A stretch of 64,000 nucleotides of DNA, from positions 352,001 through 416,000 of the forward strand of contig OZ252299.1 in assembly GCA_965250285.1 (NCBI GenBank), given 5' to 3'. Below the pieces are notes generated by a model. It ran no database searches. It had not been told where the DNA came from and was given only the letters and a program-made list of their open reading frames with translations. The position numbers were made by a program, and so were the translations under genes. This stretch comes from Myxococcota bacterium. Lineage in GTDB: Bacteria; Myxococcota_A; UBA9160; UBA4427. Shown here piece by piece: positions 51,365-60,134 of the stretch. Positions within the stretch are counted from its first letter, which is position 1. Each line of letters begins with the position of its first letter.

Positions 51365-52477
51365 CTAGTGGTCGTCGGAGAAGTCGACGCGGTCGACGAG
51401 CTTGTTCCGCCAGGCGTTCGGGGTGCCGAGAGCCCCCGCGAGCGCCCGCGCGCGTCGGTAGAACAGGTGGCAGTCGTACTCCCACGTGTATCCGACGCCG
51501 CCGTAGAGCTGCACCATTTCGATCGACATCTGGTTGAGCGCCTCGCTCGCCTGCACGCGGCTCTGGCACGCGGCGACCCCGAGCTCGGGTTCGTCGCCTT
51601 CCAGCGCCCAGGCGCCGAAGAAGCAGCTCGATCGAGCGAGCTCGACCTCGCAGTAGAGGTCGGCGAGGCGATGCTTGATCGCCTGGAACGACGCGATGGG
51701 GCGGCCGAACGCGTAGCGGCCTTCGACGAAGGCCTTGGTCAGCTCGAAGCTGCGTGTCGCGGCCCCGAGCTGCTCGAACGCCAGGAGCACGGCGGCGCGG
51801 TCGAGCAGCGCTTCGGCCTGGGCGGCGCCTTCGCCGGCGGTGCCGAGCAGCTCGGCCGGGGCGCCGTCGAAGTCGATGTGGGTGAGCGGCCGCGTCGGGT
51901 CGAACGCGTCGATCGACTTGCGCGCGACACCATCGCCCGTGAGGTCGACCAGGTAGAGGCCGAGGCCGCCGTCGCCCTGGGCGGCGACGACCGCGAACGT
52001 CGCGATCTCGCCGTCGGGCACGGGTGACTTCTGGCCCGTCAGCTTGCCGCCGTCGACCTTCGCGGCGACCGACTCGACGCCCTGCTGGCCGGGCTTCTCG
52101 GTGAGGGCGAAAGTGCCGATGGCGTCGCCGCTCGCGAGCCCGGGCAGCAGCTTCTTCTTCTGGTCGTCGCTCCCGAAGCGCAGCAGCGCCTCGGTGGCGA
52201 AGTAGACGCTCGACGAGAAGGGGATCGGCGCGAGCGCGCGGCCGACCTCTTCGGCGATCAGCGCGAGCTCGAGGTAGCCGAAGCCGGCGCCGCCGTACTC
52301 CTCGGGAATCACCGCGCCCTGCCAGCCCATCTCGGCTGCGCCCTTCCAGAGCGCTTCGGCGTAGGCGGCGTCGCTTTCGAGGATCTCGCGGCAGACCGCG
52401 AGGGGAGAGTGCTCGGCCAGATAGTCGCGCGCCGTCTGTTGCAGCAGCTTCTGGTCGTCGGAGAAGTCGAAGTTCAT
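51365..52477 (-). CDS. Acyl-CoA dehydrogenase (short beta subunit of heteromeric pair)
   Basis: MNFDFSDDQ, EEVGRALAP, RYAFGRPIASFQAIKHRLAD, QLYGGVGYTWEYDCHLFYRRAR. Confidence 0.92.
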   Translation of the reverse strand: MNFDFSDDQKLLQQTARDYLAEHSPLAVCREILESDAAYAEALWKGAAEMGWQGAVIPEEYGGAGFGYLELALIAEEVGRALAPIPFSSSVYFATEALLRFGSDDQKKKLLPGLASGDAIGTFALTEKPGQQGVESVAAKVDGGKLTGQKSPVPDGEIATFAVVAAQGDGGLGLYLVDLTGDGVARKSIDAFDPTRPLTHIDFDGAPAELLGTAGEGAAQAEALLDRAAVLLAFEQLGAATRSFELTKAFVEGRYAFGRPIASFQAIKHRLADLYCEVELARSSCFFGAWALEGDEPELGVAACQSRVQASEALNQMSIEMVQLYGGVGYTWEYDCHLFYRRARALAGALGTPNAWRNKLVDRVDFSDDH

Positions 52478-52582
52478 CGGGGGGACTCCGTGGCCGCCGA
52501 TCGGAGCGGCCGGATGAATGGGGCAGTTGCGGGGCCAGGGTGGTGTCCGCACGCACGCCGGTCACGCCGGCGGCGAAGATCG

Positions 52583-52613
52583 AGAATCCACCGGATTGAT
52601 TCGCGTGTCAATC
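52583..52613 (-). promoter_or_regulatory. Putative promoter/operator of the ACAD-thiolase operon
   Basis: Palindrome GATTGATTCGCGTGTCAATC (52594-52613) overlapping minus-strand TTGACA(52611-52606)-17 nt-GATTCT(52588-52583). Confidence 0.6.
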
Positions 52614-52647
52614 GCGGCCCCGGCGGGCGTCAAGCCGCCGGGGCCGC
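52614..52647 (-). terminator. 13-bp perfect GC stem-loop downstream of the esterase gene
   Basis: GCGGCCCCGGCGG-8 nt-CCGCCGGGGCCGC; no U-tract, so terminator role is uncertain. Confidence 0.45.
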
Positions 52648-52696
52648 CCCAAGTAACCGATTCAGAACGCGAAAAGCGCGCCTTGGGCGACGGCGC

Positions 52697-53647
52697 TCAG
52701 GCCTGGGCGAAGGCCTTCGTCAATACCTCTCCACACTCGTCGAGCAGGGCCTTGCCGTCGTCGCTGATCGGGGAGAGCTGGAAGAAGATGTGCGCCATGC
52801 CGTCGTACTCGTGGAACTGCACCGCGACCCCCGCGGCCTCGAGCTTCTTCGCATACGCCCGACCTTCATCGCGCAGCGGGTCGAACTCGGCCGTGACCAC
52901 GAGCGCGGGCGGCAGGTCGGCGTGGCTCTTGGCCTTGATCGGCGAGAGGCGCGCATCGGTCGTCGGGTCGGGCTTGCTCTTCATGTAGTTGCCCATGAAC
53001 CACTGCATCGTATCGAGCGTGAGGAAAGGTCCCTCGCGGTTCTCTTCGAGCGACGGATACGTCGTCGCGTCGCCGCTCGCATCGACGGCGGGATAGACGA
53101 GCAGCTGGAAGCAGAGCTTCGGGCCGCCGTGATCGCGGGCATGAATCGCGACGGCGGCGGATAGGTTGCCGCCGGCGCTGTCGCCCGCGACCGCGATCCG
53201 CATCGGATCGCCGCCGAGATGGGCCGCATTCTCACCGACCCATTCGAGCGCGGCATAGGCGTCTTCGAACGCGGCCGGAAAGGGGGCTTCCGGAGCCAGG
53301 CGGTAGTGCACGGCGACGACGATGCAGTTCGCCTTGTTGCAGATGGCGCGGCACTCGCGGTCATGGCTATCGAGGTCGCCGATCACGAACCCGCCGCCGT
53401 GGTAGAAGACGACGACCGGGAGCGCGCCGCTCGCGCCACTCGGCGTGTACACGCGCACCGGGATCTCACCGGCCGGGCCGGGCACGCTGCGGTCGCTGAC
53501 CGAGCCGACCTCTTCGGTGCCCGGGAAGAGCTGCGCGAGCGCGAGATACGAAGCACGGGCCTCGTCGGGCGTCATGTCGCTCATCTGGACGGCGTCGGGG
53601 CCTTGCATGCCTTCGGCGAGGGGGACGAGCTGGGGGTGGAGCGGCAT
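52697..53647 (-). CDS. Esterase/lipase, hormone-sensitive-lipase family
   Basis: YHGGGFV, YRLAPE, AGDSAGGNL, DPLRDEG, GMAHIF. Confidence 0.93.
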   Translation of the reverse strand: MPLHPQLVPLAEGMQGPDAVQMSDMTPDEARASYLALAQLFPGTEEVGSVSDRSVPGPAGEIPVRVYTPSGASGALPVVVFYHGGGFVIGDLDSHDRECRAICNKANCIVVAVHYRLAPEAPFPAAFEDAYAALEWVGENAAHLGGDPMRIAVAGDSAGGNLSAAVAIHARDHGGPKLCFQLLVYPAVDASGDATTYPSLEENREGPFLTLDTMQWFMGNYMKSKPDPTTDARLSPIKAKSHADLPPALVVTAEFDPLRDEGRAYAKKLEAAGVAVQFHEYDGMAHIFFQLSPISDDGKALLDECGEVLTKAFAQA

Positions 53648-53686
53648 CGGTGTTCTCCTGGTGCGAGGGGGCGTGGGCTCGCTCGG

Positions 53687-54205
53687 CTATGCGCCGGGAT
53701 CCGACCCGGCGCCGGTGAAGGGTTCGATCACATCGTGGCGCAGGGCGTCGAGGCATGCGCGCGGCGCGCCCGCGCGCTCGAGCGCCTGCTCGGTGTCGCG
53801 CAGGATCCGCGTGATGCGGTCGGCGCGTCCGACCTCGCCCGTCTCGAGCGCGTTGGTGTCGAAGAGAATCTCGTGACCGTCCGGGTCGCGTGTCGACCAG
53901 CAGGCCCCGTCGGCGTCGGCCGCGTTCTCGAGGTCATCGGCCCGGTAGCGGCGGGGCACTTCGCCGGGGGCGTCGGGCAGGGCGGCCGTGACCGCGCCGT
54001 GGATCGCGAAGGCGTCGCCCCCGCGCCAATTGAGCAGCGGCGCGTCGAGGAACGTCATGAGGGCGAGTCGGAAGGGGCCGTTGCGCAGGACGATGCGGAG
54101 GCCCGGGACTTCTTCGACGAGCTCCATGCCCAGGGCTTCGTAGAAGCGGCGGGAGCGCGCGAGATCGCGTGCGGGCAAGCAGAGCGAGGTCCAGCCGAAG
54201 TCCAT
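53687..54205 (-). CDS. VOC/glyoxalase family protein
   Basis: LPARDLARSRRFYEALG...RDPDGHEILFD; GGAGG RBS. Confidence 0.8.
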   Translation of the reverse strand: MDFGWTSLCLPARDLARSRRFYEALGMELVEEVPGLRIVLRNGPFRLALMTFLDAPLLNWRGGDAFAIHGAVTAALPDAPGEVPRRYRADDLENAADADGACWSTRDPDGHEILFDTNALETGEVGRADRITRILRDTEQALERAGAPRACLDALRHDVIEPFTGAGSDPGA

Positions 54206-54265
54206 GGGCGCCTCCGAGAGCCCGTGCGCGGGCCCTCGGATGCTACCCCACGGCCAACCGCCACC

Positions 54266-54370
54266 TCAGGCCGGTGCGTACTCGACCAGCTCGAGGTCGA
54301 GGAGCCGGCGATAGAAGGCGATGGATCGGTCGAGATCGGTGACGGTCAGATTCACGTGCTCGAGAAACAT
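54266..54370 (-). pseudogene. 34-aa internally deleted VOC/glyoxalase remnant
   Basis: MFLEHVNLTVTDLDRSIAFYRRLLDLELVEYAPA*, with AAGGGAG RBS. Confidence 0.7.
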
Positions 54371-54508
54371 ACGGGTCTCCCTTCGTCGGGCGGTGCGTCG
54401 AAGGGCAGCGTGCCTCAGGGGCGCTTGGGGCGGGGCGATCGCGCCGAGACATCGACGACGGGTTGGCGCGTCGACGGGGACGCCGGTTGATCCCCGGGGC
54501 GGGGCGCC

Positions 54509-55495
54509 TCAGCCGCCCCCCAACAGTGTGTCGATGGCGCGTTCAACGAGCGCGGCCAATGCCCAGGCGATCGGCGGGATGATCACGTAGACGAGCACGC
54601 GCGTGAGCAGTCGCAGGTCGAGGGGCCAGGTGCGCGCGTCGGCGAGTCGGTCGCGGTGGGCGAGCAGCTGCTCCAGCCGCACCGTTCCTTCGCTCGATTC
54701 GGCCGCGCGATCACCGATCGCGTCGAGCTGCTCTTCGACCCGGGCGAGGCGCGCGTCGCGGTCGGCGCGGATGCGGCGGTGCACGAGGCGAAGGGGCCAG
54801 ATCAGGTAGAACGCGAGCGACGGTGTCGCGACCAGCAGGGCGAAGCGGTAGTTGCCGGGGCGAAACTCGAAGTCGAGCGACTGGAGCGGCGCGAAAAGGA
54901 GGGCCCCCATCACGATCGCGGCGTCGAGCACTCCGTTTCGCGCCAGGGGCCGCAGTCGACCCAGCCGCAACACGTCGACGGGCAGCTTCTCGCCGAGGTG
55001 CGCGAAGACGTTGGCCGCGATCACGCGCACGCAGAGCACGTTGCCGATGACCGTCCACAGGAAGATCTGGCCCAGCGAGATCGAGAGCGCGATGAACGGG
55101 TAGGGCGCCTGGGTCGCCCAGAGCGGATTCGTGTTGAACAGGCTCAGCCCGAGTCCGAGCAGCGTACCGAGCCACCAGGTGCGGCCCCACGCCGAGGCGA
55201 TCGTATCGAGCGCGGTGTCGGCATCGGCGGGGTCGGTCAGCTGCGGGCGCAGCTCTTCGACGAGCTCGGCCGACCGGCGCTGGGTGATCGTCCAGGCCGC
55301 CGTCAGGTAGGTCGTGACGCCGATCAGCATGAGGGACATGCCGATCAGCTCGCGGGCCGCCCAGCCCCAACCGGGGCGGTCGGTCGTCGAGAACGTGCCG
55401 GCCGACACGTAGAGCACCGTCAACCCGACGAAGGCGCCGGCGGCGGCGAGCAGGCCCGGCGTGCCCCGGGTTCGTGTGAGCGTCCATCGACCCAT
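54509..55495 (-). CDS. Hypothetical multi-pass membrane protein
   Basis: About 7 hydrophobic segments; ends WPLDLRLLTRVLVYVIIPPIAW; start uncertain. Confidence 0.7.
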   Translation of the reverse strand: MGRWTLTRTRGTPGLLAAAGAFVGLTVLYVSAGTFSTTDRPGWGWAARELIGMSLMLIGVTTYLTAAWTITQRRSAELVEELRPQLTDPADADTALDTIASAWGRTWWLGTLLGLGLSLFNTNPLWATQAPYPFIALSISLGQIFLWTVIGNVLCVRVIAANVFAHLGEKLPVDVLRLGRLRPLARNGVLDAAIVMGALLFAPLQSLDFEFRPGNYRFALLVATPSLAFYLIWPLRLVHRRIRADRDARLARVEEQLDAIGDRAAESSEGTVRLEQLLAHRDRLADARTWPLDLRLLTRVLVYVIIPPIAWALAALVERAIDTLLGGG

Positions 55496-55530
55496 CTCGC
55501 GCGAGCGTATCACCGCCGCGCCGATCGCGA

Positions 55531-56271
55531 TCAGTGACGATACTTGGCGTACATCCCCTCCACCCAGCGCAGGCCCGACTCGCCCGCCCAGCGCGCTCGC
55601 CACTCGACCATCGCCGGGCCGAGGTCTTCGGGCAACGTGGTGTGGAACCCGTCGGGATAGGTCGTGATCGAGAGCAGGGCGGCCGCCGTCAGGTCGGCCG
55701 CCGTGAAGTGATCGCCCACGAGGTGACCGCCGTTCTCGGCCGCCCGGGCCACCCGCGCGAAGGCTTCGGTCGTCGTCTCGAGCCCGGCCGCCGCGCCCGC
55801 CGCATCGATGCCCATCTCGCGCTTCATCACCCGGCGGAGGACCGGGAGCGCTGCGCGATAGAGCCGCTCGCGCAGCCCCCACGGCTCGCGCACGAAGATG
55901 CGTGCGACCGAGTCGAGGTCGGTGAGCAGCTCGTGGAAGAGCGCGAGCCGCACGGCCGGCCCGAGTTCGTCGTCGAACCACGCGATCGTCTCGACGCACT
56001 GCCGTCGCTCGGCCTCGTCGTGCGGGAAGAGCGGTCGCTCGGGCAGCCAGCGATCGAGGGCGAAGAGAATTTCGGTGCTGCCCGCGATGACTTCGCCGCC
56101 CCACTCGAGCACCGGCGTCTGCGTCTGGCCCGTCAGCTTGCGCATCGCTGCGGCATGCGGCCCCGGCCAGTGCTCGACGACCTCGTAGTCGAGCCCCTTC
56201 CACGCGAGGCCCCAGTGTGCCTTCTCGTTGAAGTGCGAGGCCCGAAAGCAGTGCAGGATCGGCTTCGTCAC
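55531..56271 (-). CDS. Glutathione S-transferase family protein
   Basis: SHFNEKAHWGL, GQTQTPVL, GSTEI, LVGDHFTAADLTAAALL; GTG start after AAGGAG. Confidence 0.87.
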   Translation of the reverse strand: MTKPILHCFRASHFNEKAHWGLAWKGLDYEVVEHWPGPHAAAMRKLTGQTQTPVLEWGGEVIAGSTEILFALDRWLPERPLFPHDEAERRQCVETIAWFDDELGPAVRLALFHELLTDLDSVARIFVREPWGLRERLYRAALPVLRRVMKREMGIDAAGAAAGLETTTEAFARVARAAENGGHLVGDHFTAADLTAAALLSITTYPDGFHTTLPEDLGPAMVEWRARWAGESGLRWVEGMYAKYRH

Positions 56272-56434
56272 GGTCGGTTCTCCTTCGGCTCGCGTCGCGG
56301 CGCGAGGCGGTCTACGGGATCGAGCGCCGGGCACGGGGATACGACCGCACGCTGAATATGAGCGCGAACATATCTGCCGTCGGACGCGTCAGCGGCTCGA
56401 GCGCACGACGCGGGCCTTCGCTCGGCGGTGGTCT

Positions 56435-56779
56435 TCATGCGCCGACGCCTCCGTCGATCGGCGACGCATCCTCGGCCGAGCCGAGGCGTACCCGGTCGAG
56501 GGGCAGCCCTCCCTCGCCCGGGTACGCGACCGGCACGGCCGGCTCGCAGCGTTGGCTGGTCTCGAGAACGGCCCGCTCCACCGCCCCCTCTTCGACCGGG
56601 CGTGCGACGCGCGGCGGGGCGTCGCCGGCCGGTGTCGCGCCAGCGCGCGCTCCCTCGAGGAGCGATACCGACACGACGAGCACGAGCAGCAGCAGGCCCA
56701 GCACGCCGGCGGAGACCAGGTGCCACACCACCTGCTCGGCCCGAACCTCGAGCCGTCGCTGTCCTTCGAACGGATTCAT
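56435..56779 (-). CDS. Small hypothetical single-TM protein (114 aa)
   Basis: GGAGAGG RBS; MNPFEGQRRLEVRAEQVVWHLVSAGVLGLLLLVLVVSVSLL... then P/A/E-rich tail. Confidence 0.6.
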   Translation of the reverse strand: MNPFEGQRRLEVRAEQVVWHLVSAGVLGLLLLVLVVSVSLLEGARAGATPAGDAPPRVARPVEEGAVERAVLETSQRCEPAVPVAYPGEGGLPLDRVRLGSAEDASPIDGGVGA

Positions 56780-56979
56780 GACCCCTCTCCAATCGGTTCC
56801 AACGGGTGCCCGGCCTCGTCCGGCCACCCGACAGACGGAGGCCGAGACCCCCGACTGCGTGCTTCGGCGCGCCTCTGGCACGCCGTTTCCCCCTTCGCTC
56901 CGGCCGACTCGGGGCGTCCTGCCTCCTCCAGGACGCCTGCTCCCGGCGGTTTCGCCCGCGCTCGCGCAACACGAGCCCC

Positions 56980-57022
56980 AAAAAGCGAAAACCCCTTCGG
57001 CCTGCTGGCGAAGGGGTTCTCG
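56980..57022 (-). terminator. Intrinsic terminator (attenuator) downstream of the leader ORF
   Basis: Minus strand CGAGAACCCCTTCG-ccagcaggc-CGAAGGGGTTTTCG followed by CTTTTT; 14-bp stem with one G-U pair. Confidence 0.85.
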
Positions 57023-57048
57023 TTTCGACTCGGTCTGGGATCGGGTTG

Positions 57049-57249
57049 CTAGACCCTTCCTCGCCAAGTCCCCCTTCGTGTGTGCCGCCCAACGCGGTCG
57101 ATCTTCGCGTCGAACGCACACTGCGTGATCTGGCCTGCCCACGGCTTGAGGCCGTTCTGGCCCGCAAACGCGCTCGAGACCGGCCCACGGGCCGACGCGT
57201 GCCCGGCGGGCACCGCGCGCATCTCGTTGTGGTTGCAGGTGAACGACAT
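57049..57249 (-). CDS. Putative attenuator leader peptide (66 aa)
   Basis: GAAGGA upstream of ATG; MSFTCNHNEM...GRHTRRGTWRGRV*; last codons complementary to the terminator 5' arm. Confidence 0.6.
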   Translation of the reverse strand: MSFTCNHNEMRAVPAGHASARGPVSSAFAGQNGLKPWAGQITQCAFDAKIDRVGRHTRRGTWRGRV

Positions 57250-57354
57250 CAGTGAATCTCGATCCTTCAATGCAGACGATGCAGATGCGCGAGCGATGGA
57301 TGATGCCCGCGCGCTGAATGCGAAATCGGTGCGGAACTCGCACCGGCTGGCCCG

Positions 57355-57427
57355 TGTGTATCGGCGATCGCGGCCGGTGTCAAAGCAAAAAATGAGCCGA
57401 CACCAAAAAAACATTGACCCTGACACC
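57355..57427 (-). promoter_or_regulatory. Putative sigma70 promoter with upstream T-tracts and GGTGTC boxes
   Basis: TTGACA(57383-57378)-17 nt-TACACA(57360-57355); T6 and T7 tracts upstream; GGTGTC/GACACC at 57376, 57399 and 57422. Confidence 0.6.
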
Positions 57428-57569
57428 ACCGAGCGTCGCCCGCCCGACACCGAAGCGACTCATCGATACCGGGTCAGGTGGCGACCCCCGCAAGGCACGC
57501 AGCGACGAGCCCGCCCCCACCCCGCACTCCGTTGCGGGGCCGCCCGGGTGCCCCCGCCTCGGGCGCTCG

Positions 57570-58976
57570 CTACAGCAACTTCTTGATCATGTTCAGCTTC
57601 GAGTCGCTGTACGGCGGGTACACGAACTTGATGTCGAGCCAGGTGCCCCGGCGCATCACCGACTTCTGGTGCGAGAACGTGTCGAAGCTCGTGCGCCCGT
57701 GGTAGGCGCCCATCCCCGACTCGCCGACGCCGCCGAAGGGCATGTTCGGGTTGCCGATGTGCAGGATCGTGCCGTTCACGCAGACGCCCCCCGAGCTGGT
57801 CTCGGCGATCACGTGGTCGACGGCCTCCGCCTGCTCGCTGAACATGTAGAGCGCCAGCGGCTTATCGCGGCCATTGATGAACCGGATCGCCTCGTCGACG
57901 TCGTCGACGACCAGCAGGGGCAGGATCGGCCCGAAGATCTCCTCGGTCATCGCGCCCGACGTCGGGTCGACCCCCGTCAGGATCGTCGGCGCGATGTAGA
58001 GGTCGTCTTCGTCGGTCTCCCCGCCCACGACGGCCTCGCCGTCCTTCAGCAGGTTCGCGAGCCGCCGGTGGTGCCGGACGTTCACGATGCGGCCGAAGTC
58101 GTCGCTGTCGCGGGGCGAGTCGCCGTAGAAGTTCCGAATCTCGCCCTTCAGGGCGTCGATGAGATCGCCCTCCATGCCCCGCTCGACGAGCAGGTAGTCG
58201 GGCGCGATACACGTCTGGCCCGCGTTCAAGAACTTGCCCCAGGCGATGCGGCGGGCCGTGACGTCGAGCTTCGCGCTGCGGTCGACGATGCACGGGCTCT
58301 TTCCGCCGAGCTCGAGGGTGACGGGCGTCAGGTGCTTCGCCGCCGCCTCCATCACGATCCGGCCGACGGTGCCGTTGCCGGTGTACATGATGTGGTCGAA
58401 GCGCTGCTCGAGCAGCGCCGTCGTCTCTTCGACGCCGCCCTCGATGAGCACCACCGAGTCTCGGTCGAGGTACTTCGGGACCAGGTCGGCGAGCAGGGCG
58501 CTGGTGCGCGGCGTCACCTCGCTCGGCTTGAGGACGACGCAGTTGCCGGCCGCCAGCGCGCCGAGCAGCGGCGAGATCAGCAGCTGCACGGGGTAGTTCC
58601 AGGGCGAGATGATCAGCACGACGCCGAGCGGATCGCTCACGATCTCGCTCTTCGAGGGGAACGTCTGCACGGCCCCCTTCACCTTGCGCGGCTTCATCCA
58701 CTTCTTGACCGACTTCGCGACCTGCTTGGCCTCGTCGGCGATGATCGCGATGTCGGCGGCGTAGGCCTCGAGCGCCGGCTTGCCGACATCGAGGTGCAGG
58801 GCCTCGGCGAACGCGTCGGCGTGGTCGCGCATCATGTCGCGCACACGCTCGATCTGCTGGATGCGCCACTCGGCCGGGCGGGTCAGGCCCGAGTCGAAGG
58901 TGGCGCGCAGGCGCGCGACGTCGTCGGCGATGCCCTCGACGGGCGTCTGGGGCACGGGGATGGGCTCGGCAGCCAT
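57570..58976 (-). CDS. Aldehyde dehydrogenase (ALDH3/fatty-aldehyde type)
   Basis: PWNYP, LKPSE, YTGNGTVG, LELGGKSP, NAGQTCIAPDY, EEIFGPILP, PFGGVGESGMGAYHG. Confidence 0.95.
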   Translation of the reverse strand: MAAEPIPVPQTPVEGIADDVARLRATFDSGLTRPAEWRIQQIERVRDMMRDHADAFAEALHLDVGKPALEAYAADIAIIADEAKQVAKSVKKWMKPRKVKGAVQTFPSKSEIVSDPLGVVLIISPWNYPVQLLISPLLGALAAGNCVVLKPSEVTPRTSALLADLVPKYLDRDSVVLIEGGVEETTALLEQRFDHIMYTGNGTVGRIVMEAAAKHLTPVTLELGGKSPCIVDRSAKLDVTARRIAWGKFLNAGQTCIAPDYLLVERGMEGDLIDALKGEIRNFYGDSPRDSDDFGRIVNVRHHRRLANLLKDGEAVVGGETDEDDLYIAPTILTGVDPTSGAMTEEIFGPILPLLVVDDVDEAIRFINGRDKPLALYMFSEQAEAVDHVIAETSSGGVCVNGTILHIGNPNMPFGGVGESGMGAYHGRTSFDTFSHQKSVMRRGTWLDIKFVYPPYSDSKLNMIKKLL

Positions 58977-59129
58977 GGGCAGGTCCTCTCGATCGGGGTG
59001 GGCGCGCGGTTCGGCGCCGTGGCCCCGAGATTCTACGAGGTGCGTTCGAGGCGGGCCATCCCAGCGGGGTCGAGCGCCCGGCCGGCCAAGGGGCGCAGGC
59101 AGCGCCGGACCGTGGGCGCCGAGGTGGGG

Positions 59130-59861
59130 TCAGGCCGGTGCGACCTCGCTGACCGAGATCCGGCCGCCCATGCACACGTCGACGTCGGCGCCCGAGAGCC
59201 GTGCCCGGCCGTGGTAGTCGGCTCCGTTCAGGTAGCCCTCGGTCCCGATCTCGAACGTGACCGGCAGCGGACTCGGATCGACGGGGCAGACCGACCAGCT
59301 GGTGTCGACGGCCTCGTCCGGCGGGTGCGGCAGATTCACGTTCCAGTAGGCGTACGCCGTCGGGGGTCGATCCAGCAGGTGGTCGAGCACCGGACGGGCC
59401 CGTTCCATCGTCGCCTGCCAGTCGATCGTGCGATGTCGGGCCTGGTACTGCGAGATGGCGATCGCCGGCGTGCCGCGAAGCCCGGCCTCGCGCGCCGCGG
59501 CCGCCGTGCCCGAGACGAACGTGTCGGTGCCGAGGTTGGCGCCGTGATTGATGCCGGCGATCACCCAGTCGACGGGGCGCGGGTGCGCGGCGGCGTGGGC
59601 GGGCCAGAGCGGCCCGCCGCGGGCGAGGGCGAGGCGAGCGCAGTCGGCGGGCGTGCCCGAGGCGGCGATGCGGTCGGCCCCGCGTGCGTCGGCCTCGATG
59701 TGCCGCCCCGATTGCGCCAAAGCGTGACCGATGCCGCTGCGGGGCCCGTCGGGAGCGATCACGATCAGGTCGGCTTCGGGGCGAAGTGCGCGCAGGGTCG
59801 TCTCGAGGGCCTCGATCCCCGGCGCGTCGATGCCGTCGTCGTTGGTGATCACGATCCGCAC
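59130..59861 (-). CDS. surE: 5'/3'-nucleotidase SurE
   Basis: RIVITNDDGIDAPGI, SGIGHA, GTPADC, AGINHGANLG...SGTAAAAREA, WNVNLP. Confidence 0.92.
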   Translation of the reverse strand: MRIVITNDDGIDAPGIEALETTLRALRPEADLIVIAPDGPRSGIGHALAQSGRHIEADARGADRIAASGTPADCARLALARGGPLWPAHAAAHPRPVDWVIAGINHGANLGTDTFVSGTAAAAREAGLRGTPAIAISQYQARHRTIDWQATMERARPVLDHLLDRPPTAYAYWNVNLPHPPDEAVDTSWSVCPVDPSPLPVTFEIGTEGYLNGADYHGRARLSGADVDVCMGGRISVSEVAPA

Positions 59862-60134
59862 GGCGGCGGAGCCTAGCAGCCGGTTCGGCCTCGACGCGCC
59901 GTCCTCGGGTGCGCGACCCCGTCGGGCCGGCGGCTCGGAGGCCGGTCGCTGGCCGGCTGCCGATCGGCTGCAGGCGGGTTGCGGGGCGGGTGCAGCGAAG
60001 CGCGACAGGATCTGGATTGTGTGCGTTTTTTCCTTCACTCGACGGGACGCCGGACGAAAAGGCCTGTGCGAGGCTGTGCGCTCGAGTGCCTCCCCCCTTT
60101 CAACCTCCTCGACGCGCGCAGCGGAGGACCCCCG

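Noticed and set aside
56980..57249. Classical amino-acid (trp/his/leu) attenuator or T-box
   Set aside because: No run of regulatory codons, no T-box motif and no biosynthetic gene downstream; kept instead as a general ribosome-mediated attenuator candidate.
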